Part shown: positions 50,101-63,387 of the stretch, piece after piece
How the letters are laid out: every line of letters starts with the position of its first letter
Position numbering within the stretch: position 1 is the stretch's first letter
Source: Tubiluchus corallicola
Taxonomy: Eukaryota; Animalia; Priapulida
Length of the DNA: 64,000 nucleotides
Assembly (NCBI GenBank): GCA_030141605.1
Contig: JAQGDQ010000705.1
Location: 1 to 64,000, forward strand
Reading direction: 5' to 3'
Notes under the pieces: model-generated
The model's database searches: none
Told to the model about the DNA's origin: nothing
Seen by the model: the letters and a program-made list of their open reading frames with translations, nothing else
Position numbers and translations under genes: made by a program

Positions 50101-50973
50101 TAATTCTGCTAAAGCTCATTAACACACATCAGATATCTTTTTGCACTCTATTCTATATGTAAGCAGTACAACACAGGTGGGTAGCTTTGGAACTAATTTT
50201 GCCTCTACTACATATACAAAAATATAGCAGCTTGCTGAATCACATACAATGTACAAGGTATGTCAGTCAAAATTTAACAAAAACAAAGTTTATACTCGTA
50301 AATTATACACATCTAAGACTAAGCACAAGAAGTGCTACTTTGTTAGAAAGTTGCTTGCATACTAATTTTATTGATTATATTTTAATTCAGAATAACGAAT
50401 TTCAATATCAGAATTTACATAAGACATGCTAAATTATAAAAACTTTGAAGACAGATTATTTTTTTTATAAAATTTAGAACACTATACCAATTTCATGTAC
50501 CGGGATACCATTATTATTGTATTTCAATATTAATACAATGAACCTAACATAAATATTAAATACATCAGCAGCAACATGATGATGACTTTGTAACAAGATT
50601 TGAATAAAATTATGCCAAGTAAAAAACAAAAAGTAGCTCCTTTCGATGGTTTACATAATCAAGGTATTATGTTACTTAAAACATAAAAAATCAGTGTTCT
50701 ACAGTGGGTTCAAAAATAATGAGTTTCAGGCTTTTGCTGTGATTTAGCACTACCTGGCAAACAATACACAATTCAGACAGGTGACAACAATGTTGCAAAT
50801 AGATGCAACAGTTAACTGAAAAAGTCCGAACTAGCAAAGCAAGTATTTTTTTGTTTAACTTGCGATGGGCAAAAATGCAATACAAATGAATTTTTGATAT
50901 AATCAAAATTCACACCAACCTGCAACTGCTTTGCTGGCACGTTCCGGCAAGTTTTAATTAGTGATAATGCCAT
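41838..50973 (-). CDS. STOML2: Stomatin-like protein 2 (mitochondrial SPFH protein), 9 coding exons
   Basis: Exons 50973-50920, 49830-49681, 48206-48107, 47906-47848, 45899-45767, 45032-44883, 44061-43883, 43201-43073 and 42020-41838. Motifs: [79 protein letters not shown] and VAEQYV.AF.NLAK. Confidence 0.96.
42370..42745. repeat. Interspersed repeat, copy B (reverse complement of 2320-2700)
   Basis: AGGATCTTGCTTGGGAACAAGAAAAA and TCTAGCTGTTAAAACTGTTAC match copy A reverse-complemented. Confidence 0.8.
43608..43857. repeat. (TA)n-rich low-complexity tracts
   Basis: Direct observation. Confidence 0.9.
46668..47292. repeat. Two (GA)n microsatellites inside a local tandem duplication
   Basis: TTCCTCTTCTGTGCTGAATG-(GA)n-TGATCTGCT occurs twice, and the ~120-bp block CTATTATTAACCTC...TTTAGGTTTAAT occurs at ~46875 and ~47170. 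Confidence 0.95.
48284..48461. repeat. 31-bp minisatellite, ~5.5 copies
   Basis: Unit TATTACACATGATACAAAACTTTACTAYGTA. Confidence 0.93.
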
Positions 50974-51898
50974 GATTTTTTAGACAAGTCTTCAAGCTTG
51001 ATTGTCGGTATCACGTCTTTACGGAAGACGGCAAATAAATGATTTAATCCTAAAAGTGAGCGTCTCTCGTCGTTAGACGACAAAATCTGAAAAACCAATA
51101 CTTTATTTATTTTGCAGACAAAAATATGGTCCTTTTAAAGGAAAGTATCCAACAAGTTTTAGGACATTTTACCAATAATTATGGTAATCATTCGCAATAT
51201 ACGAACACGAATTCTTGTCATCTTACCTCCCACCTAATGAATTTGGCTCCTGGCACCCTGGAAAATTATGCGACGTACGTTGCTAACGGGAGAAATGTGC
51301 CAAAGCTAAGCCAAACTTCTGCAACTGATCTCAGTCATTCAGAAACATCACATATCTACCTGTTTAAATGCTAGTTGTATCTACATCTAGTTATGTAAAA
51401 ATTTATTAGGCCTACGATACCCCTACGTCTAATCTCTAGTAATAACTTTTAGTATTTACAGTTTTAATTCACAGCAACAGCAGTAGGAAAATGTCTGACA
51501 ACTGTCTCGCCTAGGTGTATAATACACACCAAGTCTTTACAATGAAATTTAAACGCTGATGAAACTCAAAACATTGCAAATTATTTTCCGTTTACAAAAC
51601 GCACGTGTATCTCGAGTTGTTCACTTGTTTTCCGAGCACGTGTTCTTGTAGTCCTGGTAACGTATGTAAATATACCAGAGATGTGAGAAAGTAATCTTCC
51701 AATGTCTCTGAAATAAACGATGTATAAACTTCACTTTTGATTTTTTTTCTTTTCCGCATTATTAACTCTTTTATCAAATTTATTCCCTGCGTGTACGTAG
51801 AAAGCGTATCGTATCATCGTATGATGCACTACATCCTGGTAATATAAAAGACGTGGTGCGAAAAGTATTATAAAGAAACTTGAGGTAGCTGCGACGCC

Positions 51899-54800
51899 AT
51901 GCCTTTGTTTATAAAAGACTTCACTTGGCAAGAAGATCTGCAAACGATAACCATTGTCGTGCCTCTGAAAGGGATAAAAACTGCAAATGTTAGCCTTCTG
52001 TCATCACCTAACTACATTAAGGTTTGACAATATTTACCATGTATTCATTCATTTTTAGGTAAAGTAATGTATGAACATGCTGCAATATTATCAAAGCAGG
52101 CTTACATGCAACTGCAAATAATGCAATTACAAGTTTTGTCACTGGTTATTGTACCAGATAGTTTACCATAGTGGTAATGCATCTGCTTTCCATCTTGGAA
52201 GTCGTGAGTTCGAAACAGCAGTCGGTTTATACCAAAGATTTTAAAAATGGTATCTGCTGTTGCCCTGCCTGGCGCGTGGTATTTAAGGTAAAAGTGGGTT
52301 AATAAAGGTCTCTGATATGTAGTTGTAGATCGTTATTTATAGTCAACAATAATAGCTCTTTGAGCTAATGTTGATTGTTCACCCGAAAGCCGACTTTAAA
52401 AAAAGGTTATTATTATTATTATTATTAATTGAGAACTTGTTAGCCATTGAGAAATTTCGCTTTTTACACAATATTCGTTTATTTTATTGCAGCAGGTATT
52501 TGAAGGTAAAAACAGCCAACGGATCTATTTAAAAGGGCTTCTTTACCCTTTCACTATTTTAGCTGGACCACATTGGCTTTTACGCATTTGACGATAACTT
52601 TTGTGCTGTGTTATTGTTGTTATAATAATAATAATAATAATTAATTAGATGTTTAAAATGCATTAACATTAAAATGGAGAAAGGTTTTTTAAATGCATAA
52701 ATTCCAATATAAGTGCATATATACTAATGAATGCATATAATGTGAAACTATGTTGTATAATTATGTAAATAAAAATCTTGTGTTGTGAACTCCTGTTCTT
52801 TCATTATGTAATCTTTGTCAAATTATTCTTTTAACTGCTGCAATTAACAGTCTGTGGTAGTTAATTACATTATGTGCAGTTATACTCAGTTTTACTGAAG
52901 TTCTAGTGTATGTAGTTTTTAAGTACATTGTGCTTCGAATGTGCTCATGCTAACTCTGACTGTGTTTGTGTAAATAAATTTATATGTAGTTAATATTTAT
53001 TCAGTTTTCTTTTTGACTAGGTTAGTTTTCCACCTTATCTGTTTGAACTGTTCCTCTATAAAAACGTTATTGAAGAGAAATCTATTGCAAAAGTGGGAAA
53101 TGGCACAGTTGCCTATCTTCTAATGAAAACTAGCGCAGAACTATGGGGGCAATTATCACTTAACTGCACAGGTATTTTCTGCTTGATAATCTCTGCTATT
53201 GTTTCGATAGTTTAATCTTAATTTTTTTACATTTTTAAATTTAACTAATCAGTTTATTTTGTGTTAGTAGGTAGTCTGGTAAAGATAGCTAAATACTTAG
53301 ACTAACCTAAGTTGATTGATTGAATATCTTTATTGACATAAACATATGATAATAACAATGTAATAATTCATGTGTTAATTAATACTGTAAAATGTTATTA
53401 AAGCTGTTTCCAGCCCACTTGGGCTTACAAGTCAATTTCATGAAAATTTATCACATAATAACTGTGCAGTTCATTTACATAGAATATCAAATAAAAGAAA
53501 ATATATAATATGGAATTTTAACATATACCTGAATGGACAAGTCATGTATTAAATATATATCTTGCTTTGCCTCATTCTAAAAATCTTATAAGCATATTTT
53601 GCAGTCCTAAGGACATTCTCTTCTGACATAATATATTTCTAAGTATTATATCTTGCCTCTTGGTGTCACAAACTATTTTCTCGTTTTTTGTTTCTTCATG
53701 TTAGACCAAAATATTAAGACGTGATTTTATTGTTCAGACAAATGCACTCTTAACCAAATAAGACAAGAAGCACTGAAATATGCAGAAGTCAAATTACTTG
53801 CTGATAAAGAAGACAAGGCAAAGAGAAAAGATGAGGGACGACGCTATGCTGTAAAAGAAGAGATGAAAGTAAGAGATATCAAATTTCATCAAATCTGAAA
53901 CATGAACAAAAAGTTACTGTTAGTTATTCCTTTTTAATAAAGATTACCATTAACAAATTTTGCTGATGGAAGGTGTTGCTGCTTGTTAGTTGCCAAACCA
54001 AAAGCAGGCTATTATCAGCCAGTATACAACATATCACTTATCAACTATCCACTAAGCTGCTTATAGTTTATCTAAAATCCATCCTTCAATATTGACAATT
54101 GTGCAATTTGAGTTTAGTTATTGAAAAGTATTGGTTTGTTCCTTTTTGTTGGCATATCTTAAATTTATACTTGTTAGAACAACCATTGCACTTGGGTCTG
54201 TTATATGAAACAGAAGCGACTTTGCGGGTATATATAAATTATTGTAACATTTGTATTTTAGATAGAAGCTGAAGAACGAGAACGAATTCAGTCAATAAAG
54301 ACACAAGAGCAAGAGAAGCTTACTGCTGAGTTAGAACATTTCCTGAAACCAGTACCAAATGAATCTTTATCTCAGGAAGCAGTCCAGAAGACTAGCAAAA
54401 CACCAGAAGCCCGGGAAAACAACATTGTTGGAACACACACCTCAGAAACCAGAACTGTGCAAAAGTCTAAAAAAGGTTTTGATGATTTGCAGTTTTCATA
54501 TGAGCGACACATAAGCATAAGAAGAGGGAAAAATGATCATTCAACAATAACGTGCTAATAAATACAGCTAATTTCTGTGTTATTCTACCTGTGCATGATT
54601 GTTACTTGTATGATTACAACAGCTTGCTTTGAGACAGCATGGTGAGCATAATCTTGATCATTTAACAACACGTGACTTCTTACAGATGTGAAAAAAGCTG
54701 CAATGGCAGTAAGGAAAAAAGGAACAATTACTGTTTCTTTTACACCGAGATCTTTTCCGACTCCAGCTCGAGAGTCTCATACTCAGTTGGAGGAAGAGGT

Positions 54801-57800
54801 AATTTGGGCTTCTACTTTTTGCAGTCAAGAAGTGAGATAATGAAATACTCTTATTTGACTTATAATTATGTGGTCAAGATTCAGGAAAATGATGTTGTTT
54901 TGTGTCATGATGTCATACGGCACCCATAGCCTCATAGGAAGACATTTTAAGCATGAGAACATTATGGTGGCTAACTGGGCTCACTAATGTACTCATGTGT
55001 TTGCTTAAGTACGTAGCATAAATTACATTTAAATGTAAATCTTAGCATTAATTTCCTCTTGCATGATCATTTTGCACTTTATCCATTTTTTACTTAACAG
55101 ATATTGTTCCCTATGAAAATATGTTTGGCAGTGCATGCAACTCCGAAAAGCTAATAAAATTCACTCTCAGCAAGTTCAGTTTTTTGTAACTCTTGTATAT
55201 TAGTGATTTGCAAAGAATGTCATTTGCTATAAAGGCAAATATCTAAGCAAAGTCACTGAAATTATAAACGTATTTCCAGTGGTTAAAGAAACAAGCAGAA
55301 GCAAAAAAGTTGATGGAAATCGAAGATGAGAATCTTGAACCATCAGAAAAAGATCCAATGTGGTTGATGCAAAAAGGAATGTGAGTTATTACTTACTGCT
55401 GAATACCATCCTTTAACATAAGAAGATTTTTTTTCAATATGATAAATCAATTTTTTGCTTTTCTTTGCACTAGAGTACCTGTATATCTACTGTTACTGTG
55501 CACTGAGTGGTGCTGACATCTGGTGATAAATTTCCATAAAATTGTTTTGCACGTGCATTTTGATTTAAAATAATCAAAGCTCATTAGATAAGTAATTTCA
55601 ATAAATATGTTTTCATTTCTTTGCTTGCACAAGATCAGTGTATTAATTTTGAGTTACCCTGCTAAACTGGCACATTTTGTTTGCACCATAATTTAGGTTT
55701 ACATCTTTGTTTACATTTAAATTTGAACTTTTAGTAATTTATGGCTCTGCTATTTATTATTATTTTACTTCATAAATTGTTTATCTACAGCAGAATTGAA
55801 TGGAAAATCTGCTGTTTTTAACTCAGTTTTCATTGTTTATTTTCAGTAACTTGATGCAAATTGGAAACATTGAATCTGCTATAAATGTGTTTACTCATGC
55901 CATACATCTAAATACAAAACTGCCAGAGTATCCTTTTTATTATAGAGCTTACTTATTTTATGCATCTTTTAGCATCTTTGTTTCACAAGTGAAATTGTTT
56001 GGTCTAATGTCAAGCTTCTATTGTGCTATCTTTAACTATCAGTGTTTGTCTGTAGTGTGTGTATAACTGAACTGGCATGTGTAATGACAAACACATCGTG
56101 GTTTGAAAGATATGATGGCTACATATAGCAAATAATTTCCTTGGTAAAGTCACATGAATTGCAGTTGCCTGAAGACCAAGGTATAGCAGTTTCGCAGCAA
56201 TTGAAACACAGTGAATGGGCACTTATTAAAGTTGCTGTTTTGTTCTATTCTGTTTCTCTACAGCAGTACTTCTCAACCTTTATGATCCACTTCCCCACTT
56301 AAAAATTCACCCCTAGCACTATAAAACATCAAATTACTAAAAACATGCTAGTTAAGTAGTGTTTCAAACTTATTCTGAAGAACACAGTGTCACGGATTTA
56401 CACAAAGCGCAACAGAGATGTCAAGACCGTGGTTCAGTGAGAACCTTGTGCTTGGTGTTCTTGAACAAGGCTCTTAACATCTGGAACTAGCTTCGTTAAT
56501 TTCAGGCGGAGATCGACACGTTCAGTATTGTCCAGACTGTCAAGATATCTGCTACGGTGCTAAATGCACATTCCACAAGATACGACGTGGGGAACGGTAA
56601 TAGCAAGTTTTGTGCTTGTGCACTCAAATTTGGATAGTTTTCAACGATTTCTTCATCAAGCCACATGAACTGGCATTTTGCTCTGTGGATAAGTTCAGCT
56701 GATGAGTCATTCTGAAGATCAGCGAGTTCATTTTGGAACAGTTGCTCAACGTCACCGAGATCGACCAATTTATATTGAGTAAGCCACCCAGGAAAGTCCA
56801 TCTCACTCAAGTCGACGAAACTCTGTGTGATGTCTGTTACCATACTTTGTAGGTGACGCGTGATCACAGTCAAGACCCTATCTGAAACATCATCACAAGA
56901 ACTCAAACGAATGAGGTTCACGAACTCCCGCCTGGATATTTCCATTCTGTATTGATGAAGTTTGGTAACAAAACCGAATATTTTAGTTTCTGAATCCAGG
57001 AGAGTTTTGTTTGCACCTTGCAACTCCGCATTCAAACCGTTGAGCTTTCCAAAAATGTCGGCCAGATAACAGACTTGTGCTTTTGTTTCTTCCCTCCGTA
57101 AGACAGCCATTTTGTCTTTATCAGCCAGACAAACCGATCTAAGCAGTTCCCCTTCGACAGCCAACACACTTCTGTATGTAATATCAAGCGAACATGAGTT
57201 TCATCCATTTGGGAACAGGAGTCTTTGAAAAGGCGTTCTTGTTTAGCATTTGCCTTGATTAGGTTGATACACATAACAACCGCTTTTATGACAGTGTTCA
57301 ATTCTGGCGAAAGGTTTTTAGCCACAAGATTCTCTCAATGAATGACACAGTGCACAGTCAACATGCCAGGATTTTCATCCTTCATCAACTTTAGAACTCC
57401 TTGCCGTCTACCCATCATAGCTGGAGCTCCATCCGCTGTGCACGACATTACGTTTTGTAATGGAATACGTGATTCTGTCATGTATTTGGTATATATTGCA
57501 TAGATATCTGCCAAAGTAGTCGTTGTTTTTAGCTGTTCGCAAAACAGCATCTCCTCCCTAAATTGTCCGTTCTCTACATATCACACATAAGTGAGTAGTA
57601 ACGCTTCACTTCTGCATACTGTAGACTCGTCCATCTTAGTTGTTCATGAACATCCATTGCCATTTTGTTGATTTGCCGGCATACGGTATCTTTACTGAGA
57701 GGGACTGAATCAACTCTGGCTGCCTCATCGCCCTTCTGCAGTACAGTGCGAGCAAATATTGATAATGCCGGTTTGATCAACTCTTCACCGATTGAATGAG

Positions 57801-60084
57801 GTTTTCCATTCTTTGCAATAAATAAAGATATTTCGTAACTGGCCGCCAACCCGCGATCCAAATTTGACATTTGTTTACGGAACAATGACTCAATTGAGGT
57901 TTCTCTTTTTCCCGTTTCAGCTTCAAGTCTTTGAAATATTTGACTGGTTTTGTGGCATACTCCTGATGTTTCGCCTTCAAATGCTGTTCAAGTTTCACTG
58001 GCTTCATAGAATCATTGCAGAAAGTTTGATCACATAACAGACACAGCGGTAATCGCTCATCATGAGGTGCCACAATAAATCCCAAATTCAGATAATCAAT
58101 TGAGTATTTTTGAACTTTCACCTTCGCTTTCGTAGCCATGATGTTTATTCACCAGGACACTAGCTTTGGTCTGTGTTACCGCCGAGAATAAATGCACAGC
58201 AAAGAGCCTATTGTCGTATAGACAATGAGACACTGAGAAAGACAAGTGTTTGGAATCAAATTGGGAATCCCCAGTCAGGAGTCAGGCCGTGCAGAGTTTG
58301 GGCGTAAAGAGAAACTGAGCGATCGACGATCTATCCTACCTCACTCAGTCCATACTTTTCTGCTATCGAATCTCCAATTGTAGGAATGCGCGATAACCGT
58401 AGTTGAGCATAGTCATGGGTAACCACCCATTCATACAACTGGAGAGCTGATATTTACAATAAATCTCTCTAAACACCAACGGTGTACAATAGATATACAA
58501 ACACTACATTCTGACCGATGGCTCCCAGTCAGATGTAGATATGAATTTTCAACTCTGAGTCTGAAAACTCAATTCATGCAAATTTCCCCCTATTCACAAA
58601 CTTTCCCCCTTTGCGTATAATTTACCCCTAATTCCCCCTTTTCCAAATTTCACCCCCCGAGAATTTCGAATTCGCCCCTGGGGGTGCGCATGGACCAAGG
58701 TTGAGAAGCACTGCTCTACAGAGACTGTGTAAAACCAGCATGGCGAGGTCAATCAGCTGATGATGTCAGTTTTATTAATTACGAGAACTAAAACTGAGAA
58801 CTCACACTCGGGTGTAAAATGGTGAAGAAAATTTAACGCACTATTAGTAAATTTAAACCTTATTTTTTAGCCTTTGTTAGTTTCCTTAATTTTCTTTTCA
58901 TAGAATATATTCATATAGAGCACAGTGTTTCCTGAAAACCAATGCTTTTCAAAGGGCAGTAGATGATTGCTCAAAGGTAAATATTGTCTTAGACTGAAGT
59001 TTCTTGAATTATGCAAAACGCATTTCATAAATAAACTACGCATTAAGCAGCTAAACCACTTCTAATAGAATGGTTTTCAAATAGTGAAACATCTTTGTAT
59101 TTCTGATTTGACTATTCTCACAGATTTGCACATGGCATGTTAAATTTAAGCACCATGCTTTTCCAACTTTCAAGTTTCTCTGTACTGCTTATCAACAAAT
59201 ACTGTTTGGTTAATAAAATTCATTAGTTTCGGAAGACACTTGGCAAATGTGCAGAAGAAAAATTATATCTAGAAGCAGATATCGCACGTTCGCTTTTCTC
59301 CTAAGTTGTCCTCATTATCACACTAAAAGTCGTCCGCATTTTTACTAATCGAAAAACGTGTCATTTGGCAAAAATTTCGCTAAATTTACAGATAAAAACA
59401 GAAACGTTTGAACGATTACATGATTTCCTACATTAAACATGAAATACACAGTTTTTATTTTTATTCTTTATATTTTTAATTTTAGTATTTTTATTTCTTA
59501 TTTTGGTTTATTATCTTTTTAGGCCCTAGATCTTCTCGTGCCTCCAGTTGAAGCCAATAGAAAGGAAAGAGTTAAAGCACACGTAAGACGAGGAACGGCT
59601 TTCTTTGAATTAGAACTGTATGCTGAAGGTATGTCGGTTTATTACTAACTCAAAATAGCTTTATAAAAAATTCAAAAAGGATTTAGTTCAGATTTAAATG
59701 ATGAAATCACAACATCCTCTTTTTAACCTTGTGCACTTTATACCGTTTGTTTTGTCATTTTCTTTAACGATTTGCTTATTGTTGTACAATTTGTACCACC
59801 TCTGAGACATGGACATAGAATGCCACACATAAATCCAAGCTTGGTATAGATGAAGTTTGGAACTCCTGCACTTATCAAATAATAATTGAAATCTATTTAA
59901 TTCAACCTCTTAGTGATCATATATTGTTTACATTGTGCACTTATTTTTAGCTCTAAAGGATTACGAAAGTGCACTGAAATTAGATCCACACAACTCTAAT
60001 TTGGAGAGAGATGCAGCAGCAATTCGAAACTTCATTCAGACTGGGGAAATGATGGACAACCTTCAGCTATGGTCAATAAGCTGA
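51899..60084 (+). CDS. DNAAF4: Dynein axonemal assembly factor 4 (DYX1C1; CS/p23 and TPR domains), 10 coding exons
   Basis: Exons 51899-52021, 53021-53171, 53738-53868, 54262-54475, 54686-54798, 55280-55380, 55847-55927, 58904-58976, 59523-59628 and 59951-60084. Motifs: [11 protein letters not shown]...[36 protein letters not shown]...[11 protein letters not shown] and [30 protein letters not shown]. Confidence 0.94.
52153..52300 (+). mobile_element. Degenerate tRNA-derived SINE with a Meta/MESC-like core in DNAAF4 intron 1
   Basis: A-box-like TTACCATAGTGGTAA and B-box-like GAGTTCGAAAC, then ATACCAAAGATTTTAAAAATGGTA..TGC..CCTGCCTGGCGC. The core assignment is from recall. Confidence 0.65.
56264..58713 (-). 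mobile_element. Full-length (2450 bp) decayed hAT/Buster DNA transposon
   Basis: TIRs CAGTACTTCTCAACCTT / AAGGTTGAGAAGCACTG (16/17 match). A perfect 8-bp TSD CTCTACAG lies at 56256-56263 and 58714-58721, with the central TA typical of Buster. Confidence 0.96.
56434..58139 (-). pseudogene. hAT transposase pseudogene (ZBED5/SCAND3/Buster-like) with frameshifts and a premature stop
   Basis: Fragments in successive frames: BED finger (PLCLLC...[12 protein letters not shown]), [62 protein letters not shown] and DLRLKLT...HQAQGSH*. Confidence 0.92.
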
Positions 60085-62983
60085 TTCTAACTTTAGCTTT
60101 CAGATAAATGATCTGCAGGTATTTTATATTAAGATTCCAAATTAGTTTTCAGAGTTTAAAATGTGGGCCTGTGTCATAGCTTGAACAGGTTGATATGCAG
60201 GTCAAAATAAGTTACTGTGTTTATCAAATCTGTGTCCAAAAATTAGCCAATAGCTGTTGAGTGTTGTGACGTAGCTGCATGCCATAATGGATAGATGCTA
60301 TCTATAGTACCTAAGCAATAAAGGAATTGTTAGTTAAAAACTGTTATGTACTAATATGAATTGATGGTCTCTTTTAACACTACTGCAGTTTTCCAAAAAA
60401 AAAACACTGTACGCTGAATGTATAACACTGAATCATCATTATTGCGACAACAGTAACAGTTCGGTGCACAGGTAAATTCACCAATGGTATGTGTATAAAT
60501 CTTTTAAACAAAACATATTAAAATAAATTAGGCAGCATCATTTCATTAACTTTTACAAATAAACAAAGTACAATAAATAAATATGTTATTTACAACAAAA
60601 AATATAAAGGATCGATTAATTGCTCGTCTTGAAGCAGTGTAGGGCGTGACATTGATCAAATAATATAGTGCATCCTGCAAATGGCTTAATAAATAATAAT
60701 AATGATATAATATTTATCGAACTAGGTTTGCAAATTTACATTAATGGCAATCTTGGTCTTTTTTGTTTATTACTAAATCTTGCAAGAACTGTTAAATGCA
60801 GTTAAATTCTTAAGTTATTATATTATTATCACATGACAATGTAAATATTCATAAAATGTGCATTAAAAATAAAAAAATGTAATTTCAAATCTAGCAAAAA
60901 TTAATATAACTATGCTTACAGAATGGATGAATCATAAACAATTACTGTATATATAAATCTCTATTAAATTTTTAAGTAGTTTATAAACTCGCTGTTGGCA
61001 GTTTATCTACATTACATCCTGAAATATATAGAACAAGTTACATGCCAGTTAATAATTAATTTGTTTCATTTCAGCTGAAAATTAAATTCAAAACAAAAAA
61101 TTTCGTTTTATTCTAGCAAAATACAAATATCTACTACAAGTTAAAAACTGAATAGAAAATTTAAACAGTCATCAAGAATTCAAGTTAACGACTAAAATCA
61201 GTACTTAAGAATAGTAATGTATTATTTTACAGAATGGCTGATGGTGACTGTGTTATGTTGTCTGATTTCACAACTTGCTATAGACAACTTGAAAATTGAT
61301 TGTCACAGCACATATTATCACAATTTTAGTATGACTTCTTTCATTTGTCATTGTGCGTAACAGAATAAAGCTAAAAAAATGTATAGAAAGTAATGGTCAT
61401 CATTAACTTCCCAAGATTGACCTGATGATAAATTAGGTAGCATTACCTCAGAAGTAGTTTTTATGCTAACTAGTTCTCTCTAATTCGAAATACTGAGGCT
61501 AGATATTAGACCAAGGATAAAACGGTATAATGTAAATGACATTTTGAAACTTAACTAGAATTTATTCTTTTCAAAAAGCTAACCAAGGTTATAATAATTG
61601 ACTAGAGCTATGAAGATAAAGCATGGCATTGCTTCTAGTGCCATATGTGTAAATTCTTGTTGTAATTACAACATGTTCAGTGTTCACATACAAAAAATAA
61701 CTGTGAATTGTATTAAATTACAATATAATATATATCACATTTAGGTGGAATTTATTTTTGAGTTGAGAGTAAAATGATTAGTTAACTAGAATGGCAAAAA
61801 ACTACAAAATTCTTGTCACAACTTAGAGCAGTTTACAGCACTAAGTGAAACAAAACTTCAATAATGCATTTTGAATGACAAAACCGGTTTGATGTTCAGC
61901 TTTGATAAACTGCCATTAAAACGCAAGAAGAAAATAACTAAAAAAACATATAGCTAAAGTATATTCATATAACCAAAAACAAAGTGGTGCAAAATTCATA
62001 TTCCTACTTACCTATGTGGCAAGCTGAGCATATGAATATATAAACATTGCAATAGGTATGCAATTGCCTGATTGTACAATAAATTATGTTGCAGTCTGAA
62101 TTTTCAACTTCCCTATTACATGTAGAGTTATTCATTTCCCACAACGCTAGCTTCTCTGTCTATTTCACTCGGAACAGGTCCCATGTATCTGTCCATTTTC
62201 CAGTAGTGAAACGGTGGACCAGCTGTAAAGCAGTTCTTCTTATGAAGGAGATTACCATCATCCACCCAGTACATGATGTAAAAATTGCACATTTCATCGT
62301 CCATTCCTGGCCTGTAATGAAAATGTGAGCTAAAACTTTAGTTTCATAAGAACAGACACACGTATCTTCTCTTAAAGCAGCATTAATGGCAGAAATATGA
62401 TTGGACCTCACAATGCAGGTTAGACATAGCTGTTAACTATATTATATTTAAAAATTGACAAAAGTTTTGTACAGGCACAAATAAGCCATTTTAGTTTTTG
62501 AACGATATCACTGGTATCTCTAGTGCTTTTAACAATACATGGTAAAACACAAAAAATTCTACTGTATCAGAAGTTTTCAGCTGAATCACAAAAACTGCAC
62601 GGGCAGAAATAATCTTGAAATTTTTTTTTTATCAAACTTTATCTTATTTTTTAACTTGCTTGTTCTGAAACTGCTGACATCATTTGAAACTATAGAAAAT
62701 AAAAACACTTTACTCGCCCAACTTTTAACAAGCACTGAATACCATAACGTCTGAAAATTTCAAAAAGTAAAACACTATGCCAGGTGTAATCTATTGTTTC
62801 ACAGACATTTCATGGATGTTTTTGTTGCTTTTCCATACAATAGTCAACATTTTCCTGAAAGAAGAGCCCATGGTGACTTGTGATCAGTCAGTGCTAGCCA
62901 AATTCTCATTACCATGTTTTCTGGGGGGAATGAAAGAATAAAAAAATGCAAGTTTCTAATTGCTTTAGTAAACTGAGTGTCTG

Positions 62984-63387
62984 TCAGTACTCAGTACCCT
63001 TGAAAGTTTTCCATAATACTCGCTGTTCACATGAAACCAATTTTTCTCTCTTTTTGTTCTTCGATGTCAGCTCTTTACAATCACGGAGTTGATCAGTCGA
63101 AGTTTCATCATACCAGACATGCTTATTAATACAGTGTTGGAGAACACACCCCACCAAAAGTGATTGCAAATACTTTTTCATAGCTAAAGCACATGCTCAT
63201 CTGTTTTCTGAAAAGTTCTATGCATCTTTTTGCATACTGTTGCTAATATGCCATACATCAAAACATGCTCGATCTTCTTGTATTTCTCAGACTTCATAAG
63301 TTTTGTTATACTTGGATACTGGTCACTAGCAAATATAGCAGCATTAAGAGTTTTTCTTTCAACTCTTGAATTGGCTGCTAGCGACAA
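62984..63387 (-). pseudogene. Possible very old LINE reverse-transcriptase relic
   Basis: Frameshift-merged translation ...LMYGISNSMQK..NFSENR..C...QSLLVGCVLQ weakly resembles RT L.YGI.G....FL.NR.Q.V...V.SGVPQ; weak evidence. Confidence 0.2.

Larger units (their letters stand above)
55928..58903 (+). other. U12-type (minor spliceosome) GT-AG intron of DNAAF4
   Basis: Donor |GTATCCTTT at 55928 and branch site TTTCCTTAAT at 58881-58890, 13 nt before the AG|. Splicing restores [17 protein letters not shown] (TPR). Confidence 0.9.

Noticed and set aside
913-50973. Functional cluster of mitochondrial genes (AK2, BCS1L, STOML2)
   Set aside because: They are interspersed with unrelated genes, and three of eight is not convincing without a synteny or enrichment test.
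51275-51295. RFX X-box for DNAAF4 (GTTGCTAACGGGAG)
   Set aside because: Only one half-site matches, which is insufficient.
61421-61500. CTGATGA...CTAATTCGAAA..CTGAGG as a hammerhead or C/D snoRNA
   Set aside because: As a hammerhead, stems I and III cannot form. As a snoRNA, box C lacks the purine, there is no C' box and no recognisable guide.
62086-62411. ORFs of 80-83 aa near the window end
   Set aside because: No recognisable domain or consistent splice signals; probably UTR or intergenic DNA.
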